Shown here in pieces: positions 18,061 to 28,322 of a stretch of 64,000 nucleotides of DNA. A program made the translations under genes and the position numbers. The stretch's first letter is position 1, and each line of letters opens with the position of its first letter. Under the pieces are notes generated by a model. The model did no database searches. It was given only the letters and a program-made list of their open reading frames with translations, and was not told the origin of the DNA. This DNA comes from a virus, in IMG/VR virus record IMGVR_UViG_3300033146_005950, positions 1 to 64,000 of that record, one strand, 5' to 3'.

Positions 18061-18669
18061 CTTTTTATTTTCACAATTTTTTTTATAAAACCTTCCGTAA
18101 CCGAGTTCTTAATTTACTAAAAATTTCTTAATTTTTCCTAATTTTTCTTTAATTCAAAAATAATTTAAAAATAATTCAAAAATTTTAATTTTCTGGAGAT
18201 TTTTACTTGTTAAAATCTACAGAACTTGTTTTAGCTTTAGCTGAAACAATACAATAAAATAAAATAAAACTAAAATTATTTAAGACTTATAAATTTTAAT
18301 TTAAAATATTTCAATTCATATTTAAAATACAATTGTAGATAGTTCCAAATAAAATTGGAACTGAACCATTTTTTAAATCATCATACAGATGCTAAAAAAT
18401 TCTAAAGAATTTGCTTCTCTATATATAATATAATAAAGGTAGGAGAGCACATCCACCATCGCTTTTTAGCTATTATTAATCAACACATTAACATTTAAGA
18501 AATTTCTTGAAAACTTTTCTAAGCGATTTTCATTTTTTTCTTAAGTCTTCATAAAAATAACTAATATTTGGTAATTTGAAATTAAAAATTTTTTAGTTTC
18601 AAAAAATAAATATAATTTAAATAAGATAAAAAAAAAATCAATAATTAAAAACATAGGACTTCGCAGATT

Positions 18670-18921
18670 ATGATTAGCCACATACCAATTTGGGCAGGTA
18701 AAGCAAATAAATGGCCAAAACCCCCTTTGTATAAAAATCATATTAATAATAGTAAGTTATTTATTGAACCTCCAACTGCAGTTTATTTAAATCATATTGA
18801 TAGTAATGAATTATTTGCTGAGCCAGAAACTGCAGTTTATTTAAATCATATTGATAGTAATGAATTATTTAAAGCACTTTCAACTTATAATTTTGAAATT
18901 GATAAAGATATTTTAACTTAG
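18670..18921 (+). CDS. small hypothetical protein with 18-aa tandem repeat
   Basis: TAVYLNHIDSNELF twice (54-bp period); late motif AATAAATA at 18605. Confidence 0.55.
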   Translation: MISHIPIWAGKANKWPKPPLYKNHINNSKLFIEPPTAVYLNHIDSNELFAEPETAVYLNHIDSNELFKALSTYNFEIDKDILT

Positions 18922-18949
18922 TGAAAATAAAGGATATAAAAATAATATT

Positions 18950-20236
18950 ATGGCAGAATTAAATCATTTCCCGTTTTATTTTGAAATTACTGCGACTGAA
19001 AATTGCCCACAAAATTTTTGGGAAGATTGCCGTATCAAAAATATTACAAAAAGTAATATTAGATTTGAGGATATTAATGGAAATAATTTAGATAGGTATA
19101 TAATGCATTTTAATTCTGCAATTGGGTCAGAAAGACTTACTGCTTATATCAAAATGCCCCAAATAACAGACTCAACAAACACATCATTTAAAGTCGTTTT
19201 AGATAAAGACGCTTCATTGACTTCATTAAAATCTGCGACTTATTATATGCCTGCTTACAATACAACATATTCAAATAAAGGAACCGACCATTCATTACGA
19301 TACCCAATTTTTGCAGGTGAAACGAACCCAGGAACTGCGTTAGGGTCTTCAAATCAAATTACATTAGATTCAAACACAAGCATTGTAATTGATGAAAGTA
19401 AAACAGGTTTAGATAAAGGCTATATTGAATTTACAGGTGCAGCATCAGATCCTTGTATAATTACAATATTCGATACTGATATTCATACAAGATTTATGCA
19501 CCCGGGAAATAGTTATTGGGATATTTTAGAATTTTCATTAAAAACACCAGCAACAATACCAGATAAATTTGAAATATTAAATTTTACAATTTCAAATACA
19601 ACTTCAAATGTTGCGCCTGATGCGAACACGAGGGCGGACGATTTTTCAGATCGCACAACGGGTACTAACACAGTTCTTGGAAGTATAATGTATATGAACA
19701 CTCCAACGAATGACGACCAATCAAAATTTGTATATACAAATGCTTATAATACTCCTAACAGTGATCATTTTTTTAAAAAAATATTCAATACAAATGACAC
19801 TTTAACTCCAAACACTTGGTATAATTTTAAAATGATAATGGGTAATGTTGGGGATAATTATAATATAAATTCTCTTAATAATGTTATAAGTAACAACAGT
19901 AATGCAGACTCTATTGCTTATCTTGATGACAGTTATCTTTCCAGAATTATTAATAATGATTCTTTTATCGGGAGAATAAATTTAGGAAGTTTGGACGGTA
20001 AAACATTTAATTATGACACCAATTATACAAGTATTGGAGACCACACAAAAGGAAATTGTCCAAATATAAAATTTTCAAATATAAATTTACAAACTATAAT
20101 GTTTGAAACGGGCGGTAGTGCTGACTGGTATGATGAGGGGGATGTTGGCGCAGATAAAACAATTTATTCAACTGAACAAATAACAGCGATAAATAGAAAT
20201 ATTCAAAATAATGCAGATTATGTAATTGTTCTTTGA
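18950..20236 (+). CDS. putative virion protein (DUF2341-like N-terminus, beta-rich body)
   Basis: NFW...NIRF.D.NG..L..YI.......AY(I)K.P pattern; Asn/Thr-rich. Confidence 0.55.
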   Translation: MAELNHFPFYFEITATENCPQNFWEDCRIKNITKSNIRFEDINGNNLDRYIMHFNSAIGSERLTAYIKMPQITDSTNTSFKVVLDKDASLTSLKSATYYMPAYNTTYSNKGTDHSLRYPIFAGETNPGTALGSSNQITLDSNTSIVIDESKTGLDKGYIEFTGAASDPCIITIFDTDIHTRFMHPGNSYWDILEFSLKTPATIPDKFEILNFTISNTTSNVAPDANTRADDFSDRTTGTNTVLGSIMYMNTPTNDDQSKFVYTNAYNTPNSDHFFKKIFNTNDTLTPNTWYNFKMIMGNVGDNYNINSLNNVISNNSNADSIAYLDDSYLSRIINNDSFIGRINLGSLDGKTFNYDTNYTSIGDHTKGNCPNIKFSNINLQTIMFETGGSADWYDEGDVGADKTIYSTEQITAINRNIQNNADYVIVL

Positions 20237-20250
20237 TTTAGAAAAGAAAA

Positions 20251-20285
20251 GAGGAGCAACTTTTTAAAATAAAAAGCCACTCCTC
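20251..20285. terminator. hairpin between convergent genes
   Basis: GAGGAG..CTTTT / AAAAG..CTCCTC. Confidence 0.45.
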
Positions 20286-20321
20286 CAATCCAACAAAACA
20301 AAACAAAAGAATTTTTTTTTT

Positions 20322-21746
20322 CTAACTAAGTCCTAAGACCATATTTTGATTTTCTTTAATTTGCTGCAATGTATCAGCAACATTTTTATCAGTTCTAATT
20401 TCATTAAAGCTTGGGTGCAATAAAGAATAATTCATATCAACATCGTGACTCAAACCACAGCTTTTTACTTCAATTATTTTACCGATATATTTTTCTTTAT
20501 TATTCCAAATTTCATCTCTTAAATCTTCTTTAATTCCACCAGGATCACTTTTCAATAAACCATCTTCACTTTCACAAATAAATGAACCGAGGCTTCCTTC
20601 ATATTTAGTTCCTTTATTTCCTTCATTAAAACCAATTATTTTCAAATCAACAGTAAGTTCTAATTTCATTTTAATTTGATAAACAGGTTTGCCATCTTTC
20701 CATAGTCCTGAATTTGATTTAAGAATTGCACCTTCTTCACCAGCTGCTAATAATTTTTTAAATTCTGTCATTGCTTCTTCAAAATTATTTACTATTTTAT
20801 AATTTATAAAAGAAATATTTTTTGTGTCAGCAACTGCAGTTTCTAATAAATTTCTTCTTTCTTCCCTAATTAATTTAAACTCTTCACCACTTCGATAATT
20901 TTCAAGCGGCACAAAGTCCCAAATAGTTGCAGTAATTCTTTTCTCTGCTTCAGTTATTGAAATTGAATTTGATTTTTTAAATTTTTCTTTATCTTTTTCT
21001 GTATTTATACCGTTTAATTCTTTTTCCCTAATCTGAGAAATTGCATTAATAATCCCATTTGCTTTATACCTATCAAAGCCTTTCACTAAAAGTTCTCCGT
21101 TTAAAACAACATTATCAAAAGGCAAATTATAAGCAATTTCAACTGCTTCTTTATAAAAATTAAAACCATTAAAATAGCTTTGTTTACCTGAGCGTGAAAA
21201 TATTTCAACTTCATTATTATTCACAATTATATTTGCATATCTTCCGTCCATTTTTGTGTTTAATTCTACACTATTTCCATTTTCAAATAGTTTTTTTGCT
21301 TTTTTCTCACTGTAAGAAACAGCGCCCATATAAGGAGTTGTTTTTATAAAGTTTTTTCCAAATGCTTTATTTATTGATTTAATGTTGCAACCAAATTTTA
21401 AGTTTCTATCAAAAATCGAGAAAATTAATTCTTGATAATCTTTATCTTTATTATTCAATAAACTTGACACTAAATCAAATAAATCATTACCAACGACTTC
21501 TCTATTATATGCTTTCTGTAATAATGATAAAATTGAAATATTAATTGTATTATCACCTTCAATATAATTCTTTCGTAGATAAGAACCGCTTATCCCAAAA
21601 TTGTATGTATTTGAATAAACTAATTTAATTATTTCAAAGTCTTCATCAGTCAGCTTATTTTTATAATTTGTTAAAATTTCAATTTTTGCAATTGAGCCTG
21701 GCTCATTTTTCATTTCATTTATCAATTTTATTAATACATTGCTCAT
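20322..21746 (-). CDS. gp30: ATP-dependent DNA ligase
   Basis: KMDGRY, VLNGEL, WD, EGAILK, IKMK, SLLHPSF..IRTDK. Confidence 0.95.
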   Translation of the reverse strand: MSNVLIKLINEMKNEPGSIAKIEILTNYKNKLTDEDFEIIKLVYSNTYNFGISGSYLRKNYIEGDNTINISILSLLQKAYNREVVGNDLFDLVSSLLNNKDKDYQELIFSIFDRNLKFGCNIKSINKAFGKNFIKTTPYMGAVSYSEKKAKKLFENGNSVELNTKMDGRYANIIVNNNEVEIFSRSGKQSYFNGFNFYKEAVEIAYNLPFDNVVLNGELLVKGFDRYKANGIINAISQIREKELNGINTEKDKEKFKKSNSISITEAEKRITATIWDFVPLENYRSGEEFKLIREERRNLLETAVADTKNISFINYKIVNNFEEAMTEFKKLLAAGEEGAILKSNSGLWKDGKPVYQIKMKLELTVDLKIIGFNEGNKGTKYEGSLGSFICESEDGLLKSDPGGIKEDLRDEIWNNKEKYIGKIIEVKSCGLSHDVDMNYSLLHPSFNEIRTDKNVADTLQQIKENQNMVLGLS

Positions 21747-21814
21747 TTTTCAAACCTTTTTAATATTTTACAATTACTTTATATTATCAGAAACGAAACA
21801 CCTCAGCAATTAGT

Positions 21815-22243
21815 TTAACCAAGTGCACCGTATTGTTTTTTAACAAACTTTTTAGCAGCTCTTAAATATGCTCTTGAATTATAAGCGCCAACAAGACCAA
21901 ATTTATCTTTAGGATATACTGTTTCTCCATACTCAGAGTCATCTTCTTCACGAACGTCAAATAAATGTACTAAAGTTTTATAATCTTTATTTGACAGACC
22001 GGTGATATTTTCGTATGCGAATTTATCAACAAGGTCGCCAAAATGCTGGTCAATATCAGCAGTTTCAACATTTCCATAATTTTCATCGATTAAATCAGCG
22101 AGATCATCAAGTTCAAAAAGACTATAGTTTTCCTTTTTAAACATCTTTTCTATGAAATTATAATAGTCGTCTTCAGTTGGGCGTTGAGATTTATTTATTG
22201 GCTCTTCAGTCATTTGGTTTAGTTCAGATTTTGTAAAATTCAT
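21815..22243 (-). CDS. hypothetical protein
   Basis: ORF in early cassette. Confidence 0.6.
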   Translation of the reverse strand: MNFTKSELNQMTEEPINKSQRPTEDDYYNFIEKMFKKENYSLFELDDLADLIDENYGNVETADIDQHFGDLVDKFAYENITGLSNKDYKTLVHLFDVREEDDSEYGETVYPKDKFGLVGAYNSRAYLRAAKKFVKKQYGALG

Positions 22244-22256
22244 TTTCTTATCCTTT

Positions 22257-22562
22257 TTAATATTTTATTTTTACTTTATCGCTTGTTAAAATATAAGTAA
22301 ACGATACATCAGGCACTTGGCCTTTTTTAAAAATTCCCCAACCAGTGCTTTTTGAGTCATCAAGATTATATTTTTTACAATCAAAAGCAGATGACCGTAC
22401 TAATTGTGCAAATTTATAATCTATATCGCTTGCTCCTCTATTTTCATTAAATTCTTTATTAAATTCTTCTAACCATTTTAATGTAGCGTCCGGGTACCCA
22501 TCATAATGTTTGTACAAAACAAAGTCACAATTTTCGATTAAAATATTTGCATTAGTGCTCAT
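22257..22562 (-). CDS. hypothetical protein (MST...YxHxDGYP type)
   Basis: YKHYDGYP motif, common in phage early hypothetical proteins. Confidence 0.65.
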   Translation of the reverse strand: MSTNANILIENCDFVLYKHYDGYPDATLKWLEEFNKEFNENRGASDIDYKFAQLVRSSAFDCKKYNLDDSKSTGWGIFKKGQVPDVSFTYILTSDKVKIKY

Positions 22563-22564
22563 TT

Positions 22565-23467
22565 TTAGTTTTCCCCTTCAATAAAAGACATAATTTTTAT
22601 TAGTTCATCAATTGATTTAACTTTAAGCGAAATATTTGCATTATATTCTTTATCTTCATTTTCATCAAAATCAAGATTTATATTCATTTTAGCTTGAGAT
22701 TTTTCGTTATTAATTTTAAAACTATATTCATCATAAGAAGAATATTCAGCACCCCTTTTATTAATGCGTCTGTATTTGCGTTCTGCATTGAAAATAACAT
22801 TACCCTCTTTACGATTTGCAAATTCTGATAATAAGCTTTTTCTATTTTTCTCATACATATTTTTCTTCATTTTCAGAATTTCATCATTATATTTATCCAC
22901 TGCTTTATTATAAAGAGTTTGAAGATTTTTGTATGTCCTAAAACACCTGCTAATATCATAACTTTCATAATTGCCGTCTTTAAAGTTGACAAAGTGGTTA
23001 TTAAATTTTAGCTTATAAGCAAACTGTTTTATTGTTATTTCTTTTTTATAATAATATTCTCTATCATATTCACCCTTTTCTATATTTTCTTTATACACTT
23101 CAATTATTTTATCATAAAGATTTTCCCAACCATTATCATTACCATAAGTTTCTTTTAACGCTTTTTTTACATTTATTTTTATATCTGACTCAAAATATCT
23201 GATCATAAAAGGATCTTGCATTGTAACATCTTGAATAATTTCAAAAACAACTTCAACACCATCAACAGTTTTCAGATGTTTTATATCTTCTTCTATTTTG
23301 TTATATTCCTTTTTCTTAATTTCATAATTTTTTTCTGCGTTTTCAATCTCTTTCTTAATTTTTGAATCTATATAATCATCAATTTTTTGTATTGCTTTGT
23401 TATAAGCAACTTTATTTACGTTTCTCATTTTTTCTACCATCTTGATTTCTTCTTTTGTAAGTTCCAT
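22565..23467 (-). CDS. hypothetical early protein
   Basis: First gene after early-promoter copy 2. Confidence 0.7.
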   Translation of the reverse strand: MELTKEEIKMVEKMRNVNKVAYNKAIQKIDDYIDSKIKKEIENAEKNYEIKKKEYNKIEEDIKHLKTVDGVEVVFEIIQDVTMQDPFMIRYFESDIKINVKKALKETYGNDNGWENLYDKIIEVYKENIEKGEYDREYYYKKEITIKQFAYKLKFNNHFVNFKDGNYESYDISRCFRTYKNLQTLYNKAVDKYNDEILKMKKNMYEKNRKSLLSEFANRKEGNVIFNAERKYRRINKRGAEYSSYDEYSFKINNEKSQAKMNINLDFDENEDKEYNANISLKVKSIDELIKIMSFIEGEN

Positions 23468-23468
23468 T

Positions 23469-23650
23469 TGGTAACTCCTTTGTTTTGTTGTTTTGTTATA
23501 TTAATAATATATAACAAATTTTAAGTTAAATATGCTTTTTTATAAAGAAAAAGTGTAACTTATTATAAATCAATAAGTTACAAAATGAAATTTTTTTGTT
23601 TTATTTTTCTGTTTTTTATAAAGTATTAAAAATCAATGGTTTATAAGTTT
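23469..23650 (-). promoter_or_regulatory. repeated early-promoter module, copy 2
   Basis: As copy 1; IHF-consensus sites at 23568-23580 and 23631-23643. Confidence 0.75.
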
Positions 23651-23677
23651 ACATAAAGATTTGATATTAGCTAATTT

Positions 23678-24112
23678 TTAAGAAAATCTTGGTGCTTGTA
23701 TTTTTGAAGGGTCAAACCGTCTGTCTTTCAAATAGCTTGAAACTAAGTCCCAACTATTGTTTTTTATTGAATAAAAAGTCCAAGTATTTATTGCTTCATC
23801 AAACATATAAATATAAATTATATCTAAATTATCTGCGATTTTAATTGCACTTTGAAGTCTTGAAGTTTTACCTGGCAAATATTCTGTTTTTTCTCCACTT
23901 GGGATATAATCACCATTTGATTTTATTTTTAATATTGAACCTTCTAAAGTATCGAAATCTAAATCATCTGGGGTAACGTTTGGTTCCTCACCTTTTCCTC
24001 TTAATGTTTTGCCAAGACTTTGAATTCTTCCGCCTCTCTCAACGACATTATATTTATAAATTGTATTTTGTTTATTTGTTGTAATTAGCAACGCTTGCTG
24101 GTTCATAGCCAT
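23678..24112 (-). CDS. hypothetical late protein
   Basis: AAGGAG SD; AATAAATA at 24155-24162. Confidence 0.65.
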   Translation of the reverse strand: MAMNQQALLITTNKQNTIYKYNVVERGGRIQSLGKTLRGKGEEPNVTPDDLDFDTLEGSILKIKSNGDYIPSGEKTEYLPGKTSRLQSAIKIADNLDIIYIYMFDEAINTWTFYSIKNNSWDLVSSYLKDRRFDPSKIQAPRFS

Positions 24113-24154
24113 AATAAGTATTTCTCCTTAAAAAGTTTACTTTTGATTTTAATA

Positions 24155-24192
24155 TATTTATTTTTAAAAATAAGAAGCTTCAAAAATAAATA
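24155..24192. promoter_or_regulatory. divergent pair of late promoters (AATAAATA)
   Basis: - strand 24155-24162 and + strand 24185-24192, at a strand switch. Confidence 0.6.
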
Positions 24193-24209
24193 TATGTATA
24201 AGTATTGCA

Positions 24210-26813
24210 ATGACATTAAAAATTAAAGGTTTTGAAAATAATATGGCGAATAATGAGCAAAACAGAGCTGAGAAAAGAGCACAGCAATATAAAGACTTTA
24301 TTGCAAATAACAGTCAGCGAAAAAATGATAAAAATACAGAAAATTTAATTAAAGCTATAAATGAATTAAATAAAAATCTTAAAAATACAATTAAACCTAC
24401 TGTATCTATTAAAACCAATTCTATTAAAAACAGTTCTAATAAAGAAACGACAACTGTATTAAAAACTTTAATCGATGAAAATAAAAAATGGCGCACTGAA
24501 AATAAATCAACTTATATTAATAACTTTAATAAAATATCTACAAACTTAATAAAAAGTCAAAATGATAATAAAAAAGATTTAGCTAAAATATTTAATACAG
24601 TTAAAAATAATAATAAAGAACAAGATTTAAAAAAAGACAAATCTAAGTTAGTAAGTTTAAATGTTTTAAATAAACCTGATTCTAAATCAGATGAACAAAT
24701 AAAAATAGAAAGAAAGAAGCAAGAACAGCTTGATAAATCAGAACATAAAATAGAAATAAAAGACTCAAAAAATCTAAGTACTTTAGTTTCAATTTCAGAT
24801 TTAATGTTAAAGAAATTTGATAATCTTGGTAAAGACAACAAAGATGAAAATAAAGATGATAATAAAAAACAAGAACAAGATTTAAAAAAAGGCAAATTTA
24901 AGTTATTAAATATTTTAAAGGGTGTAGGTTTAATAACTGCAATAGTCACTGGACATTGGTCACCATTTTTAAAATCATTAGCAATAGGTCAACAGTCAAT
25001 AAAAAAGATGTTTGCAAATATAATCAATGATGTTGGCGGTGGTTATGTAAAAACAGCGTACAGTACAACTAAAAACTTTTTCAGTAATATTTGGAATGGT
25101 GCAAAAGATGCTGGAAAACGTATTCCCAAAGATGGTCTTGATGATGCAGCAAAAAAACCAAGTATATTTAAAAAAGGTGCAGATTTAATTAAATCTGGGG
25201 CAAATAAAGTAAAAACATTTGCTGAACCTGTAATATCAAAAAGTAAAAGCGCAGTAAGTAAAGTTGGAAAAGGTGCAGCAGGCGCAGTAGGTGCTGTAGC
25301 AAATAGTACAAAATCAGTTTTAAAGAACGGTATTGAAACTGGTTCAGCTGCAATGAAAAATGTTAAAAGCGCAGTGGGCAAAGTTGGAAAAGACGCAGCA
25401 GGCGCAATACTTGATAAAACAGGTCTTAAAAAATTAATTGCATCTGCAATGGCACCCGTTAAAACTTTAACAGATAATGTTGGAAATATTGTTGCTGGTA
25501 AACTTGGTTTACTTAGTAAAGGTTCTAAAACAGGCACAAGCGGTATTAAAGCACTTGGCAAAGAATTTGGTGAAAAGAAAATAAAGAAAATTATTGGTAG
25601 CAAAGTAGCAAAATTTATCCCTGGTGTTGGGGAACTTATTTCTTTATATTTTGCAACTGATAATTTTATGAAAGGCGACTGGGGCGGCGGTTTATTAGAT
25701 TTAGCTTCACTTGGCGTTGGGCTTGGTAGTGACTTAACCGGTGCTTTAACATTTGGTGGGGGAAAAATTGCTGGGTCAACAATACAAATACCTATAATTG
25801 CGGCACAAATATTACACGATTTAAATAATATTAAAACTGGAAAAATTAATACTTTCCGCCCTGGTTTAACTGATAAAATTTTCAATACGAAAAAGAATAA
25901 ATCGTACAAGGCAAGTAAATCAAATGAGACTGGCGATTCAAACGCTGCAAATAGTTTTAATAAAAAATATACTAAAAAGGCAATTACTAAACAAGATTTA
26001 AAATTATATGCTGCCAATAAAAAAGGCTCAAATGCATCTGTTTTAGATTCTAAAAAATTATCAATGCCCAATCCTACTTTAACAGAAAGTGAAAACAAAT
26101 GGAAAAATAATGTTTTTGTAAAAGCTTTCAAAAAGGTAAAACAAATAATAAAACCAGAGGAGCTCCCTGCGAACATTATTCCTAACAGTGATAATTTAGA
26201 TTTTAGTGGGATTATACCAGACGCATTAAATAATTTACAAGGATTAGCAGCAGACTATCAATTGTTGCACCCTGAGAAACCTAACTTATTTTTGAATTCT
26301 GCTTACAGGAGTTATGAAGACCAAGTAAGATTATATAAAGAAAAAGGACCGGGTTGGGCTGCTGTTCCTGGAACAAGTAAACACGGTTTTGGTTATGCTT
26401 TTGATTTAAACAGTGCTGAAATGAACCAAGCAGATAAAGATGGCTTATTATCAAAATGGGGATTTGTGAGACCTATGGTGAAAGAACCTTGGCATATTCA
26501 ATCAAAAATTAGTGGGGATAAATATTCTTCTAATAAAACAAATAATATTGCCGATACTCCTAAACCAGCAAAAAGCCAAATTGGGGATTCAAACCCTGCT
26601 GCATTAAACCCATTTGTTAAAAAAACAGTAACAGTATCAAATAATAATAATCAATTTGATAGTAATTATAAATCATCAAATAATAATGTTGTCGTTGTTG
26701 CTTTAGATAAAGCTTCAATAAAAGCATTATTAGATGGTCAAGATAATATTGCAAATAAATATAATATTAAAATGACATCAACACCTGAAATAAATATAAA
26801 CGGTAGACTTTAA
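24210..26813 (+). CDS. tape-measure/baseplate hub-like protein with C-terminal M15 (VanY-like) peptidoglycan peptidase
   Basis: Long Lys/Ala/Gly helical region; SAYRSYEDQ..LY, PGTSKHGFGYAFDL (SxHxxGxAxD), EPWH. Confidence 0.8.
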   Translation: MTLKIKGFENNMANNEQNRAEKRAQQYKDFIANNSQRKNDKNTENLIKAINELNKNLKNTIKPTVSIKTNSIKNSSNKETTTVLKTLIDENKKWRTENKSTYINNFNKISTNLIKSQNDNKKDLAKIFNTVKNNNKEQDLKKDKSKLVSLNVLNKPDSKSDEQIKIERKKQEQLDKSEHKIEIKDSKNLSTLVSISDLMLKKFDNLGKDNKDENKDDNKKQEQDLKKGKFKLLNILKGVGLITAIVTGHWSPFLKSLAIGQQSIKKMFANIINDVGGGYVKTAYSTTKNFFSNIWNGAKDAGKRIPKDGLDDAAKKPSIFKKGADLIKSGANKVKTFAEPVISKSKSAVSKVGKGAAGAVGAVANSTKSVLKNGIETGSAAMKNVKSAVGKVGKDAAGAILDKTGLKKLIASAMAPVKTLTDNVGNIVAGKLGLLSKGSKTGTSGIKALGKEFGEKKIKKIIGSKVAKFIPGVGELISLYFATDNFMKGDWGGGLLDLASLGVGLGSDLTGALTFGGGKIAGSTIQIPIIAAQILHDLNNIKTGKINTFRPGLTDKIFNTKKNKSYKASKSNETGDSNAANSFNKKYTKKAITKQDLKLYAANKKGSNASVLDSKKLSMPNPTLTESENKWKNNVFVKAFKKVKQIIKPEELPANIIPNSDNLDFSGIIPDALNNLQGLAADYQLLHPEKPNLFLNSAYRSYEDQVRLYKEKGPGWAAVPGTSKHGFGYAFDLNSAEMNQADKDGLLSKWGFVRPMVKEPWHIQSKISGDKYSSNKTNNIADTPKPAKSQIGDSNPAALNPFVKKTVTVSNNNNQFDSNYKSSNNNVVVVALDKASIKALLDGQDNIANKYNIKMTSTPEININGRL

Positions 26814-26837
26814 AAAAGCATAGGAGAAAATTTTATT

Positions 26838-27764
26838 TTGAGTTATACAAGCATTTTTAGTTCAGATGTTAGTTACGATTCAGATGTGAACAGTTCATTA
26901 TTTGATATTGCAATATACCCTACATATGTAAATGGAGAATTACAAGAAAAAGATAGAGTTTGCATTCGTGGCAAAATGGATGCGGATAAATCTATTAATT
27001 ATCAATTATCAGCAAGTTGGGAGAAGGGTTTATTAAATAGTTTAGTTTCAAATTTGACAAGTGGGGGTGTTCTAAAATCTATTTCAGGCGACACGATGAT
27101 GGCTGAGTTTGGAATACAAACAGGAAAAACTGGTTTTACAACAAGGAGAACTTTTACAGGTGCAAATAGCCCTCAATTTACAGTTGGGATGAAAATATTC
27201 AATGACGGGACTCAAGACGGCTCAGCCGCGTTTTATAAAAAAATAAATGATTTGCAACAATTAGTAATGCCGCAAATAACTGAAGGCGCAGACGGTTCAA
27301 AACAAACGCAAGATGCTGTTTATGAAATTTTTAAAAGTAAACAAAAGAAAATAAAAGAAAAGAAAATAAAGAAGGATAAAGAAGTAAAGACTGAAGAAGA
27401 AGCACCAATATCTGGTTTAGCAACCGCTTCTGATGCCCAATTAAAAAAAGCTGGAGTAACTAAAAGAATTGGCAATGTAACAAAAGATAGCGGCATTGAT
27501 ATTACAAACGCGCCGTCTGATTTTGTATTGATTGTTGGCAATTATTTTGGAATTAATAGGGGAGTAATGGATTCTGTACAAATAAATTATTCTGTTGCAA
27601 AAAATGCTTACGGCCCGGTTTATTGCGATGTTGAGCTACAGTTCTCAATTATGTACACTCCTAAAATAACTTTATACGATAACGGAGATCCTGCTAAAAT
27701 CGATAATATATTTGTAGGTTCTAATCAAGTTGCAGATTTAATGAAGTTGGAAGGAATTGAATAA
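26838..27764 (+). CDS. baseplate/tail tube cap-like protein (gp48-like)
   Basis: Context; P..F.L..G..F.....VMDSVQINYS....GP..CDVELQF pattern. Confidence 0.5.
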   Translation: MSYTSIFSSDVSYDSDVNSSLFDIAIYPTYVNGELQEKDRVCIRGKMDADKSINYQLSASWEKGLLNSLVSNLTSGGVLKSISGDTMMAEFGIQTGKTGFTTRRTFTGANSPQFTVGMKIFNDGTQDGSAAFYKKINDLQQLVMPQITEGADGSKQTQDAVYEIFKSKQKKIKEKKIKKDKEVKTEEEAPISGLATASDAQLKKAGVTKRIGNVTKDSGIDITNAPSDFVLIVGNYFGINRGVMDSVQINYSVAKNAYGPVYCDVELQFSIMYTPKITLYDNGDPAKIDNIFVGSNQVADLMKLEGIE

Positions 27765-28111
27765 TGATAAAAAGTAAATTAAATCGCACAAATTTTTATG
27801 ACGATTTTAATAATAATGGAATAGCAGAAAAAGTACTTGATTCCGATTATTATAAATTGTTTAAAATGAATTTTAAACCAACAATTTATATAATTAAAGA
27901 TGTTGATATTGCAAGGTGGGATATGATAAGTTTTAAACATTATCGTTCATATGATTTTTATTGGATTATATTAAAAGTAAACAATATAAATGACCCTTGG
28001 AACGATATCGAACCAGGGGATGAAATTATCATTCCTGATAAAAGAGACGTTTATGATTTTTATACAGCTGTAAAAAATTCAAAAAGGGATTGTGAAAATG
28101 GAAAATGCTAG
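27764..28111 (+). CDS. baseplate wedge protein, gp53/LysM-like
   Basis: RWDMISFKHY....YWIILKVNNINDP....PGDEIIIP. Confidence 0.75.
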   Translation: MIKSKLNRTNFYDDFNNNGIAEKVLDSDYYKLFKMNFKPTIYIIKDVDIARWDMISFKHYRSYDFYWIILKVNNINDPWNDIEPGDEIIIPDKRDVYDFYTAVKNSKRDCENGKC

Positions 28112-28301
28112 CAACCAATATGGTTTATTAGATTCAGAGTATTATGCACTAATGAAAATTAAATCACAAAGCTCATTTTTATTTAACGATATTTTAGATA
28201 CATATTATGATAGCGGGCGAAATTTAATAATTACAAAACTTATTTTAAATATTGCACAAAAATTAAATATCAAAAGCAAACCACAGAACTTACTATCTTA
28301 A
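28098..28301 (+). CDS. small hypothetical protein
   Basis: ORF within baseplate operon. Confidence 0.45.
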   Translation: MENASNQYGLLDSEYYALMKIKSQSSFLFNDILDTYYDSGRNLIITKLILNIAQKLNIKSKPQNLLS

Positions 28302-28322
28302 CAGAAAATATATTTTAATAAA

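Noticed and set aside
25043-26176. 377-aa antisense ORF
   Set aside because: Shadow of the codon-biased tape-measure-like gene; no SD or recognisable motifs.
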